Below, in pieces: positions 25,444-40,100 of a DNA stretch of 64,000 nt (positions are counted from its first letter, which is position 1; each line of letters starts with the position of its first letter). The notes under the pieces were generated by a model, which did no database searches, was not told the DNA's origin, and was given only the letters and a program-made list of their open reading frames with translations. The position numbers were made by a program, and so were the translations under genes. The DNA is from Piromyces finnis finn (lineage: Eukaryota; Fungi; Neocallimastigomycota). The stretch is from NCBI GenBank assembly GCA_002104945.1, contig MCFH01000025.1:124001-188000 (forward strand), in the 5' to 3' direction.

Positions 25444-27439
25444 TATTATTATTATAAAACTCTTTTTTTAACTGATATGAGATATTAAATAGTATAAAGG
25501 TATTTTAATAATATTATTACTTTATTATTATTATTATTTTATATATTTATATATATTATATGACTTCTTTTTATTTCGATAATTAACTAAAAAATTTAAA
25601 AAAGAATAATAAAATTTAAAGTTTAAAAAAAAAAAAAATTGATATTTAATAAAAAAAAAATAAAAATAGAAATAAAAAGTTTCATTATTAAAAAAATAAA
25701 AATAAAAATAAAATTACAATTATTATGAATTAGAATTGCTGTTAATTAAGTAATTCAGTAATTTACTATATATAACTTATCAATTATACAAATATTATAT
25801 AAAATAAAATTTTAAGAATGTATAATATTAACAAAAGTTCAAGAAAAAATATTTAATATTGTTATTATTAACATAACAAGAATAAGATGATGATTAGTGG
25901 AAAGATATATATATATTTATATATTTTTTAACCTAGAATGGATTTACTCAGTAGTTTGTTGTATTAAATTAAAAAACCTTTTAGCGTTATGCTATTTTAT
26001 TAAATATTTTCATTAACAAACAATAAAGTAGTATAAGTTATATGATCTAATAATTCTTAAATAAATATACAAATAAAAATAGGTATATTTAAATTTGAAA
26101 TATAAAGCTACAGCATGATGATGAAAGCATAGTATTGAAGATAGGATGTAGTAAATTAAATTCTAATGTTAATATGGATATATTAAGGAGATTAGTTTAA
26201 CTACAATGAATTCAAAGTCAAGTATCCATATATATTAATAATTTATAGAAGGGGAAATCTTTTGAAATATTCATATAGAATTAAATCGACATATTAAAAA
26301 ATAGGATTGATATGAACTTTGAAAATAAAGTCCCATAGGGATTCAATCCTCGGTCAATTACATCAATTGTAGATTTTTTTAACTGTATTAAAAAGATGAA
26401 TGAAATAAAGATATACATATACATGACAGTATTTAGATATTTCTTGCTTAATTAATATTAAGGTTTCAAATTTTATTGATTATTATTATTTAATTTTACA
26501 TATTAAATTTTTTCTTTTTTTTTTTAAAAAAGCTTTCAAAATAAAATTAAAAAATAAAAGCGAAACAAAAAAGAAAAAAAAAAAAGATTAAATAAAAGAA
26601 TGATATTTCCAGAATTAAAAAAAAAAAAAAAAAAGTAATTTGTAAATAAAAAGAAGAAAAGTAGGAAAAAAAGATTAAACAATAAAGATAATTTATAAAT
26701 GAATAAATATAGGATAGGCCCAAAGTCTTTTTTTTTATCCTTTCGGGAAAATTTAAATGTAATATAATTGAACATTAATTCTATGTTCATTTTTTTCCTC
26801 CTCATATGTAAAAAACAATTATATCAAAAAAAAAAAAAAAAAAAAAAAAAAAGAAGATTTATAATTCGAGGTTACACTATGGCTAAATAAACATATAACT
26901 TCATTTTTATTTCTCTTCTATTCCTACTTTTTTTTTTTTAAAACTTTTCAAATATGACTCTTTAATAAACGTTTTTTTTTTTTTTTTTAATACTTTTATT
27001 TTATTTTAATTTTGAGAAAATCATTTGTTTATTCTTCTTCTTCCTCTTCTTCTTCTTATTATTATTATTTTTTTTTACAATTTCAAAGTTTAATTTCAAA
27101 GTTTTTTTTTTTTTTTTTTTTTTTTTTCATTATATAAAAAGTATTAATAGAATAAATCTAACTATTTATATATAATAAATATTTATGTATATTATTAAAT
27201 TTTGTTTTTGATGATTTCTTATTCCTTTTTTTATTTATTTATTTTTTTATTTGTATTTATTATCGATAATTTTTGAAAATCATTTTTCTTTCTTTTTTAT
27301 TTTTCTTTTTATATATTTTTCTTTTATTTATTTATTTATAATATATATAGATTATTTCTGTAACGTTTTTTTAAATTATTATTGTATATATTTATCTATG
27401 TTAAATATATGATAATCAAAAATTGTATTAAAAATTTAT

Positions 27440-28959
27440 CTAATTTAATAAATTTTTAATATTTTTTGGAGTGGAATCATCATTCAAATGTTTTGAGGTG
27501 TATCTAAGAGTATTTAACAATGAATCGGCATCAACACCAGCTGAGCCTTGAATTAAACGAATACATCCTTTAATCTATAAATAATTCAATTAATCAAAAT
27601 TATTAGAATATATAATATCAGAAAAAAAAAATTTTTATAGAGAAAAACTTACATTAATCTTTGAATTACGATGGAATGCTCCTTCTTGATCAATGTGATC
27701 AAATAAAATAATACATCCAACCATAACACGAAGACAAAATGAAATCATTGGTTGAGATTGAACTCTGTATTTTGATACAGCATTATAACATATATTGGTC
27801 ATTAAAGATAAACATTCACTAACTTGTTGTGCTGATACACCAGACTTACTATTCTGTTAAATACGGAAATAAATTAAATAAATTAATATATTTTATAATA
27901 ATCTTTACGTATTCTATTGATTTATTCATTTATATTTATTAAAATGTGTATAATTGTATAATTACTGGTGCAACAAAAGCTATAGTAGCATCTGTAACAG
28001 CTTTAAACATTGGAGTTGAATAAGCATAGAATAAAGACATTCTATTTGCAAGTTCATCATTAACTGGTATATTTTGCTTATTTATCTATATTCATTTATT
28101 ATATTTATTTATTAAAATACAATTTATATTATTAATCTTTTAATTAATTCATAGATTTCAAATAGGTCATTTATTAAGGAAAATGTAATTCTTTAAACCT
28201 GAACCTACCTTGTAATTATTTTTAATTCTACTTAATAAACGACGATAATATGAGAAATCATTTTGTATTGATGGATTTGTCATCTATCGTAAAAAATAAA
28301 AGTAAAAAGTTAACAAAATATTTATTAAATAATATTTTGAAAAACTATTGGTATATTATTACTTTTAAATCATCAAATTGAAGAACAAAACTTAATAAAT
28401 CAGCCAATTTCTTGGTAGTAGCTTGGTATTTTCCTAAATTTTCGGTAATATTTCCTTTACATAAGACAAATAATATTCTTGGGAAAATATCTTCGATTCT
28501 TTGTGAAAATTCATAATATTTCTTAAGCTTTACAGCAGATGGACATAAAGCTACCCAAGCTTCTTCTTCCGTTTGCGGACTAGGGTTCGAAATTGCCTAA
28601 TTATTTAATTTATTAAATGTATTAATAATTTCAAACTTTTCATATGAAACAACTACTCCAAATAAATTTATATAGCATTCTTACTTTTCGTATCAGCTCT
28701 CCACAACCAGTATATTGTCTCAATGATTGTAATATAGCATTTGAACGATTTAAAATTTCGACAACATAGCGGTATAATTGTTCTTCTTCTGGTATTGGTT
28801 GTGCATCTTTTTTAAAAATTCCAAAATAACAAAATTAATATATTAATTTTATTGTATTATGATATAATTAATGCTTATTTATTAGTTACTTTCGAAATCA
28901 AGAATAATATCTGGACCGCTATCATTTGAATTTTGTATAATTGATACTAAGGATCCCAT
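27440..28959 (-). CDS. CYRI: CYRI/FAM49 (CYFIP-related Rac1 interactor), multi-exon
   Basis: MGSLVS myristoylation-type start, then IILDFE|..AQP, ELIRK|AISNP, FDDLK|[46 protein letters not shown] and [22 protein letters not shown] at 27440-27442. Confidence 0.93.
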
Positions 28960-29177
28960 TTTTATTATATTGAATTTAAAATTTTTTCTTTAGTTTTTTA
29001 TTGATTTTAGTTTTTCTCCGTTATTTATTTTAAGAATACAAGAATGTTTTTTATTACTTTTTTTTCTTGTTTTGTATTTTTTTTCTGTTTTTATTTTTGT
29101 TTTTCTGATTTTTAAAAGTTTAGTTTGTTTCTTAAATTAATAGTTTATTTATTACTTCTATTATTTATTTTTTTCTT

Positions 29178-29224
<47 letters not shown>

Positions 29225-30381
29225 TTAAATACAAATTATTAATATAGAAAAAAAATTAAAGATTTTTATTCCTTTATATATACTTTTTTATTCTATATAA
29301 TTATAAATATCTATATTTATTATTTAATATATATGCATCCTATCTATACACCTAAAAAATTTAAATAAATATTAATAGAAATATTAGTATAGATGAATAA
29401 AATATAAAAGTAACAAAATAATAAGAAATAAAAAATATACAAAGTATTAAATTATATATTATTAATTCTCTTAGGTTTTATTCATTAATTCCTTATGACC
29501 GGTTTTTAACAAATTATAAACATCATTAGTTTTTATTTTTGTTTATTCATTATATTTATAAATGTATTTTATTATATAAAGATATTTTTTTTTTTTTTAA
29601 TTTTTATCAATAATTTTAAGTGAATATATGTATTTTTTTTTTCTTTACTTTATTATGTTATCATATGTACAGTGATTTTTATGTGTAAAATAGGCTTATT
29701 TTATTTTATAAGAATATAAGAATAAGTGTTTTCAATATAAGTGATATAATAGTGAAAAATTATTTCGATCCATCATTAATTCTTTCAATGGAGAACAATC
29801 TTATAACAAATATATTTTTTCTTTAATAAAATCATGTGTAGTGTGTTATACTTTTATTTCTCTTAGACTTTTTTTTTTATTTTTTTTTTTTTTAAAATAT
29901 TTAATTTGCAGTTGTAAATTTAAAATATATATTATGTATATATGATAAATAAAAAAATATTTACGTTTAAATATACTTGTTTATTTAAAATTACTTGAAT
30001 AATAATTATATATATCTATGTATTATTATGATTCTTATTTATTGATATACAAGAAAAAATATTATATTCTTCGATATAATATTTTTATTTATATTATGTA
30101 ATTAAATAATATTATAGTATTGAGGTTATTTCGTATTATAATTATAATTATAATTATTAAAATAATTAAATTTTTTTAAAAAAAAAAATGAAAAGAAAAT
30201 AAAAAAAAAAAGATAAAAATAAAGGTTAATTTCAAATATATAAAGTTTCGTTATATATTTATGATATATTTTTATCTTTTCAACTAAAATTTTACAAACT
30301 AAATAAAAATATAAAAATAAGACAAAGAAGAAAAAAAATAGTGTTTATTGAATATAAAAGAAAAATTTTTTTTTGAATAAT

Positions 30382-30534
<153 letters not shown>

Positions 30535-31825
30535 ATACACTAACGATGCCATTCATTTTTAATAATAAATAAACTTTTTTCTTTTTTTTCATTTCAGTAT
30601 TTATTTATTAATATATGATGATAATAAATAAATATATTAAATTTTTAATTAGTTACATATATTATATTATATGAATACTAAATTGAAATTACTAAAATAT
30701 AGTATATTAATGTATTAAAATTTATATATAATTTTATTCAATAATAAATAAATTAATAAAGATAAATGGATAATAAATGTAGATAATATATTATTAATAG
30801 TTATTTTATATATTATTTAACTAATAAAAAAAGAATTAAAAAGAATTAAAAATAAATTTTATTATGATTTAATGTATTAATTTTAAATTAAAACCAAACA
30901 TTTCAATTAATTACAATTTAATATAATATATTATTAATAAATTTAATTTATTAATTTATATATTAAATAAGGTAATTCTTTTTTTCATTAAATATTTGAC
31001 GTTTTTTTTTTTTTTGTACTAAGGAAGTAGAAGAAGGAATTTGTATGGGAATAGTATTAGAAATGGGTGTAATTATATAAAATAAAAGAAAATTATTTTA
31101 ATATGATTGAATGATGATGTTCTAATTATTTATATTGATTTATAAATGCTTTTTCAATTATTATAGGAAAAAATAAATAATTCTATTTATTATATTATAT
31201 ATAACTATTAAAATTAATAAAATTCTTATTAATAATTAATTAATAAATTAATTATATTAATTTATGTAAAATCTACATAAAATCAACAAAATTAGTAAAA
31301 TAAAAAGTTATATAATTGTTAGTATCGTTATAATAATTATTTATTGAAATTTATAAGTCATTATTAGAACATATATTGGTTTTATACATTAGTTTTTTTA
31401 TAAAGTATCTCCATTAAATTTTATATTTTATTTTATTATTCAGGAAGAAAAAAGTTATAAATATGAAATAATCGAACCTTTTTTTTTTTATTAAATCATT
31501 TAGGAAAATTTTTTTAAATTATATTAAAACTAAAGTAAATTAAAAATTAACTTTAATTATTATACTTTTGGTGTAATTGTAAAATATAATAATACTAATA
31601 ATATTATAATAATATTAAATGTATTAGATTAATTAAATTGTACTAATATATTGAAATAAATGTATTTGTTATTTATTAACTATTTATATATTTAAATAAT
31701 GATATTAAACAGATGTATTTTTAGTTATTCATAATTCTTTGTAAATGAAATAATGTGCTTGCTATTTTTATCTATTTGTGATTATTTTTTATTTTATATA
31801 TTATTTACGTTATTAAAAATAGTTA

Positions 31826-31907
31826 TTTGAAAAATTCTTTTAGTTTTTACTATATAAATAAAAAAATTTGAAAAATTCTTTTAGTTTTTACTATATAAAT
31901 AAAAAAA
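31826..31907. repeat. Perfect 41-bp tandem duplication
   Basis: TTTGAAAAATTCTTTTAGTTTTTACTATATAAATAAAAAAA at 31826 and again at 31867. Confidence 0.85.
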
Positions 31908-34900
31908 TATTCATTGAAAGTTGATTAGAATGTTTATTAATAGAAGTTACACACACATAAAAAATAATATTAATTTTTTTCAACCTTATATTTTTAGTAA
32001 TTCATATAAATTAAATGGTCAACATAATAATTGTATTTTACATTTAAAATGTTACACAATATATTACTACATTTAAAACCTTTGAAAAAAAGGTTTTAAT
32101 GAATTTAAGAATTGGATAAGAAAGAATAATAGTTTTTTAATAAATCTATATATAGTTAAAACAAAGAAAGAAATAGGTTAAAGATAATAACTTTAGTATT
32201 AAAAGAAAATAAAAAATTTCAAATTTCTAATATGAAAAATGATTCTTTTGTTCATCAATTATTTAAAATTAATAAATAAAATATATTATTATTATTATAA
32301 AAAAAGGTGTTATTTATTTATTTGTCTTAAACAAATTGTAATAATGACTTTTGAAATATATAAAAAATATTAATTACTAGATAATAATATTTTTATGAAT
32401 TTCTTTTTCTATATTTTTAATTGTGTAAAAGTATTTTGAGCAAAAGTGATTTTTATTTTTATTTTTATTTAAAAAAAAAAGAAGATGAAAAATGCTATCT
32501 TTTTTTAAATTCATTTGATTCAAATTTAATGTTTTAACATTTTTATAATACCCAAAATTTATATTTTTATGTATATAATGAAATGAATATTGTGTGTAGG
32601 TATATATTATTTAATTATTAAAATTATTATATATTTCCAATGCTATTTCAATTTATTATAAATTATAAAATAACTTAACTGTTACCTTTTCTGTTAATTA
32701 AACTGTATTTTATATTATTATATAAATATTAATTTATATAATAATGAAAAATAGTAAAACATTAGTAAGATTCTATAATAGTTTTACAAAATAATAATAA
32801 TACAATAAAGTGAAGCTTTTAAAAATTTTCTATTTATTAAATAATTAATAATAAATTATATGGATCATACATTTACATTGATTGTTTTACTACATTTTAC
32901 AATTTTATTTCATTTAAATAAAAATAATTTTATAAAATATTATTAGTAACATCCATTAAATTGCTTAACTATTCATAGTAATACATAATACATTTTCTTT
33001 TTCCTAAGAAATATAACTATCATTCTCACTATACTTTCATTTTAAATATTTAAAAAAAAAATTAGTTACGACATTATATATGTAAGCAATAAGTCATATA
33101 ATTAAAAAATAAATAAGAATTATACCATTATAATAATTTTTTTATATATTATATTAAATCAAAAAGGTTTGATGCCATTTTTTATCTAATTTCAATTATC
33201 AAAGTATTATAATTAGTCATGTTTTTATATAATAACGAAAATTAATAGTGGATAACTTTTAAAAACTTTTTTATCATTATACTAATAAGAGTTTTAATAT
33301 TTCTTAGAAAAAACATTAAATTCTGCCTGCCGTTAAATAAAATGTATTCAAGGGGTAGGTCAACATTTTTTTATTTTATCCAATCCGGAAATATCCTAAA
33401 TAATTATGATATTGTATGTAAAGAATATTTAATTATAATATTTTTTTTTTCTCATTAATAAAATATATAGTTTATAAAAAATATATTTTTTGTTTATCAT
33501 TATAAATATATTTATTTTAATTTCATACACGCATAAACCTTTACTTCGAACATTTTAAGAAAAAATAAGAAATGTGTATTTAACCTACTTTTTTTTTTTT
33601 CTAACCTCTTTTTTACTTAATTATGAAAGATTTGTAATCAATTAAATTAACAATTATTAAAAAACAGTTTTAATGAAAAAAAAAAAGGATTATTCATTTT
33701 ATTAATTTTAATTACAAACAAAAAAAATAAAGTACGTTCATCATTTAAATTAAATTTATCCTTTGATTACTATCTTACTTTATTCTCACAATCTACCTTT
33801 TTTTTTTTGTATAGTTTGTCTATGTCTATTATTTCAAAAAATTTATCTTTATTTTTATGTAATAAACGTGCTGTATATTATATGATTTATCTTTAATTGA
33901 CTGATATCTTTAATACTATTTAAAGTTATTGAAAAAACCATATTTAATATAATTCTATCACAATTTTAATTAAATTAATAATTATAAAATTAATAAATGA
34001 ATCAAAATTAAATTAAATAATACATAAATGGAAAAAATTTATTTCAAAATTGCTCTATTTATATTAAATCAATATAGTAAAGATTTAAATGTTTATTTTT
34101 TATTAAATATATAAATATACAACTTTTTATTTATGAAAAATAAAATATTAAAAGTATGCTATTTAGTATAAATATTTTTTTTTTACTTTACGTATTGTAA
34201 TACTTTTTATATTAGTATTTTACAATTTTATCATTATTTATAGTTAACATATTTATTTTAACATAATAGTTTATTAAAAATTTTAAGATGCAAAAGTTAT
34301 TAATGTAAATGTATTAAATTTACATTAATAACTTTTAATTCTATTTTTATAGAATTAAAAGTGAACATTATGATTATTATTAGGGACATTCTTAGGTTAA
34401 AACATAATTCATTATATTAAATAATATATCTAAAGTAAATTATTAATATATATTTATGGAAACATATTATATATAATTGATTTTAATATAATATATAATT
34501 TCATATTAAAAAATAAAATATTTGACGGTCAGTTACTATACATAATAACTAATATAATATATTATTAATATATTATAATGTAAATGATTAAATTACAAAA
34601 TACATAATTGTTTCACAAATAAAGTTTAATTAATACTAAACTTAATTTAAAGTCAAAAATCTAACATTTTGGATTTTACAATAAAAATAGTAAAAAGTTT
34701 TTTTCTTATGGTCCTTATTAATTTATTCTTCCTATCAATATTTTTAGTATAAAATAACTATTTATTTATCAAACCAATTTAACGGAACGGACTACGGGAA
34801 AATGGGTTAATGTTAGAATTATATAGCTATAATTAAATGCTTATTTAGATTAGTAAAAGTACTATTTTTGTTAGTCATTAAAAAAATTTTTTTTATCAAT

Positions 34901-37135
34901 ATAAAAATGTATATAGTAATAGAGCATTCTAGATTATCAATCCTTGATAATACTATATTAAATCTAATTTATTTAAATCGTATAGTATTATGTCCGTGTG
35001 AAATAAAAACATTTGGATATTAAATAAATTTGAATAATATTAAAAAATTATCAGCTTTAAAAGTATCTCAAAAAAAAATTGTATATAAAAATAAAATATA
35101 TTATGAATATATTAAGATTATATAGAATTTATTTTTAAAAATAAACAATTTTTAAATGAAAAAAAAATGGAAATATTGTGAAAAGGCAGATTTAGGTAGA
35201 TTTAAAATTTACCTAGTTCACACTATGGAAATTTATTCAAAATGTTAATATTATTATCAATGCTTTTATGTTGTATTATTATTTAATGAAATAATCATTA
35301 TCAATGCTTTTATGATTATCGTTTAATAATACGATTAAAAGAATACTGTTTAATTACTTTATACATTAATATCATTTATTATTTTAATTAAAAATCAGCA
35401 TCAATGTTATTGTAACTTTCTATAAAAATATATAATTATCATTTTATCTAGATTTATGTGTTTTCTATTCTACTCTTTTTGGTTGTGTTTTGCTCCTTAT
35501 GAAAAAACTTTAATCCCTTAGTTTCAGTAGAGTTGTATTAAATATGTTCATTCCTTCATTTTTTATTTATATATTTTTTAAAGTTGGTATATTAACTCCT
35601 CTTTTTTTAAACTATTATTAGTAAATGATTTTCACCTTTCTATCATAAATAAATGTGTATATTATATATTATATTTATATTGATGTTTATCATAATTAAC
35701 TAATAATATAATTATAGTAACTATTTTTTTTATAAAGTTTAAACATATTTCAATATCTAATTTTGTTCAAAAAAAAAAACTGTATGGTTTTATTTAATTA
35801 GTATTTCTACACTCTAATCCCATATTTCTTTTTTTTTTTTTTTAAATTATTTATTTGTGATTTTTAATTTATTTCTCAGCCAATTCTTTTTGTTTATTTT
35901 TTTAAATAAATATTAATTTAAATTTATTATGAAATAAAGTTAATATCTATTTCATAAAACAAATTTTTAATATAATATTTTGTATTAAATATAATTTAAT
36001 ATAAAATTTATGTTTTATTTTTTGTGTTTTTTATTTATTTCTTTTACTCTTTTAAAACAAATAATAAAATCAATAAATAATAAAATAAAATAAAATAAAA
36101 TAAAAAAGAGTAAAAGGTTTATTTAAACCTAAATAAACAAACAACAATAGTATTTATATAAAAATTACTTATAATAATAGACAAAATAATTATAAATACT
36201 TGAATTATTAAATGTTCAAATAAAAAATAAAAATAGATTTTATATATATTTATCATTTTTAATTAAAATGATGATACTTTAAAAAGAATATAATTGGATT
36301 TAATATAAATAAATTTTATCTATTGATTTTGTTTAAATATTTTTTTATCTGTTTTAAATTGAATCAACACAGATCTTCAAAAAAAAAAGTAAAAAATAAA
36401 ATATATTATTTAGATAAAATAAAATATTCAAATTATATTCAAAAAAAAATATAGAAAAAAAAAAGAATAATATTTTAGTAATCATTATTGTACATAAAAA
36501 TATTTATAAAATATTTATTATAAAACAAAACTTTTTTCCCAAATACTAGTTTCATTGGGAAAAAAAAAAGTAATAAATGATTATTTTTATGCATTATATA
36601 TTCTAACTACTAAATATTAGCAACAAACAATACTTTTAATATTTATTAAAGACAATGAAAATTTAATGAAATTTTCCTTTTTATTTATTTTAAAATTTTT
36701 AACATAAATTATATATATAAGCTACATAATAGATTTCCAAAAAGGAATATTTTATAGTTTTATAGTACTATCAAAGTTAAAATTTAAAAAAGGGTTTATT
36801 AATTTCTTTTTTCAATTTTTATTTTTTTAAGTATTTTTCAAAAAAAAATATAATAGATCAATAATTTCTTCAAATTCCTATAATAGCATTAAATCTAAAA
36901 GTTAATTTATAAATAGTATACAAATTTATCATCTTTTTATAAATAATATCTTCAAGGAATAAAAGAAACAAAATCAATAATAATCAAATTAATTATTAAA
37001 TAAACCTTTTTTTTCCTATAATTAAATAAAACATCTCAATTAAAAATAATTGCCATTTACAAAAAATAATATTAAATCCTTTTTAAAGTAATAAAAAACT
37101 ATATACCAAACTATTTAATTAAATAAATATTAAAT

Positions 37136-40100
37136 ATGTCAATAAAATCATCGCAAGAATTATTAGGAACTCTTGAAGTTACAGGTACTTTTATTTAATG
37201 TAATAAATAAAAATGGTATTAAAATAATTATTAAATTTTATTAATTATAATTCATAGCTGTTGGTGGAAATGATATCAAGTCAAAAGCTTTAGTTTCAAA
37301 ACCAAATTTATATGTTGTTTTTGAAATAGGAAATAAAAAGAAAACCACAACAGAAAAACCAGGGAAAAATCCAAGATGGAATGAAGTTTTCAAATTTGAT
37401 ATATATGAAAACAGTATATTAAAAGCTAGTGTTTATAATAGTAAAAATAACGAATATATAGGTAGTCTAGAACTTATATTAAGAGAAACTATTTACATAG
37501 GTAAGTTTTTTGTTTTTGTGAAACATTTAATCATTATATATTAGTAAATTTTAAAGATTAGAAAAAAATTATTTTAAAATATATATATTAACATTTTAAA
37601 TAATTATGATTATATATTTAGAAAATCAAAATGTTAAAATGAAAATTTATAATGAAAAGAATCAAGAAAGGGGTGAATTAAATTTATTATTACACTTCCA
37701 AAAAAGAATTGATTCGCACAATAGTTTCAAAAATACTCAAAGTAATTTAAATTATGTAAGAACAGAAGATGAAAGCTTACATAGAAAAGGTAGTAATGAT
37801 ATGACTAATACTTTTATAAATTCTAATGAAGCCTTTGCTGGACAAAGTAAACGAACATCAATAAATTATTATAAAAACCCAAACATATCAGTATCTTTAA
37901 ATAAAGCAATACCATCAAAAATAAAAACTTTTAATGGACGTCCAATAAAGGTTGTCCAAGATTCAAGGCGTCGTTCAAGAAGTCTTTCACCAATGAGATA
38001 TGAAAAAGAAATGTATGGTCGTAATAAGAGTATTACACCAGTAATTAAACCTAGTCCTTCTAATGAACATCTTAATCATTTTAAATCTAACGAGAGTTTA
38101 AATCAAAATTCTATGTTAGAAGGTTATCAAATGAATATATATAGCCAACCAACTTTTGGTTATTTGGAATCTCAATCAGATAATGAAGAAGATATATATT
38201 CCTCATCACTACCTACTAATTCTGCATTTCTTTCTTCATCAGCTTCTTCTGGACAATTTGGTAACTATCTATATAACAACACTCTATCTTCAAGTAATTC
38301 AGTAAAATTAGTTCAATCACCTGTAAAAACAGGTGTAAGTGTTAAATATAATGCTAATTCCCCAAGAATTAATCAAGCTTCAATGAAGTCTGATAATGCT
38401 TCAATTTATAGTAGTGGTTCAAACCATTCAATTCGTTCTTCTCATTCAAAATCACCATCTCTAGTCATTAAAACATCAATTAATTCAATGAAAATGAGTA
38501 TAAATTCAGCTTCTACTCCCCGTTCTTCAACTCCACATTCATCAACACCACGTACTTTAACACCTATGTCTTCCTCTTCAATGCCAACCCCAAATCGTGG
38601 AACATCCTATTTACCAAAGCCAGTTCAAAATAATTATCGTCAAAGTATGCTAAAATCGTATATTGATTCTCAAAATAATATGAAAGTAGAAATGGAAAAT
38701 ACGTATCAAGAGCCATTAAAAGAACCTAATGAAATTAATAGTAGTCCTGGCGAGGAGGAAAGAAATAGAAAAAATTCAAGCGATAGTCAGATAAGAACAA
38801 ATCGTAAAGTTTTGCCATCTGGAGGTAAATTTGGTTTTGAACGTTCTAATAGTGGACCAGGATCTTTACGTGGTCCACGTGAAGCTAATAATACACCATT
38901 AAAAAATATTGAGTATGAAGAAAAACTTGGTTCTAAAAGAAGAAATAATCTCAAAGTAAGAAGTATATCTAACGATTCGCGTATTTATAATAGCTTTTCA
39001 AGCATTACAATGACAAATTTAGAAGATAGTATTAATACTCTTAATGATCATATCAACAAAAATAATGTTGATAAAGAAGACTCTAATGCTTATAGTAATA
39101 AAAGTAATAGCTATTCAACAGAAGTTTTAGTCATAGATTCAAGTTTGGAAAACGATCAGCATGATTCCTTAATTCTTGGTAAATATTTATCTTCAAATAA
39201 ACAGGGAAAAAATTCATTAAGACGTTCAGCTAGTTTTGATTCCTTTATAAAGGAAAAGGAATTATTCTATCTTAATGAAAACGATAGAAGAGTTAGTAGA
39301 ATGAATGATTCTGTCAATTCAAAAGAGATTTTCTCTCGCCCAGCAAAATCAAAAGATCGTTTTAAGGAGAGTAAAGAATCCGAATCTGAAAATCCACCTC
39401 GTTATACATCTCTTATTGATTCTAAGCTTAAAAATGATAGAGTTGCAAATGATAGCAAAGAGAGAGAAGGCGCTGGAAACTGTTCAGATAGTTCAACATC
39501 AAGTTTTTCAAAATCACTTTCTTTATCTCGTCAAGCTAGCTTGAATAAATCCAGATATTTTATGAATATTTCCCAATCAAGTGATAAAAATCAATTGAAG
39601 AACAAAAATTCTAATATATCAAGTGCTAGTGAAGAAAGTTCAGTCAATTTATCAAGTAAGGTTAATGATTTAAATAATCTTTCAGATGAATGCCGAACTT
39701 TTATGGATACAAAAGAAGTATGTAACGAAACCCAAGAAACTAAAATCCCAAAAAAGTATAGCCCAAGAAGATCATCTCTTTCTTCCAAGGTACTTCAGCA
39801 AAATATTCTTTTAAAAGACATGAAACCTGTGAAAGTTATATCACCATCTTCTACTCCATTAACTACACAAGCCAAAATATCTTCAGTAAAAGAAGGTAAA
39901 GAAACTGTTGTTGGTAGCGTACATTATTCTGAAACATCGTATACAAATATGAATAATTCATCACAAAACGCTTCTTTAATTGATGCAGTTAACAATTCAA
40001 ATGAAATTGATCATTTACAAAAAGAATTAGATAAGATATCGTTATCTTTAAAAAAGAAAGTGATTAGCAGGAATGGAAGTAATAGTGAAAACTCTATTGC

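Noticed and set aside
25880-26440. Slightly GC-richer segment with a small GTCCC/GGGAT hairpin as a gene or TE remnant
   Set aside because: Every frame I tried is broken by stops, and no motif was recognisable.
31021-31080. Exon-like purine-rich island
   Set aside because: No start codon or partner exons were found on either strand.
35177-35222. Imperfect inverted repeat (TGTGAA...TAGGTA...TACCTA...TTCACA) as a MITE or ncRNA
   Set aside because: Short arms, no TSD, single copy; compatible with chance in AT-rich DNA.
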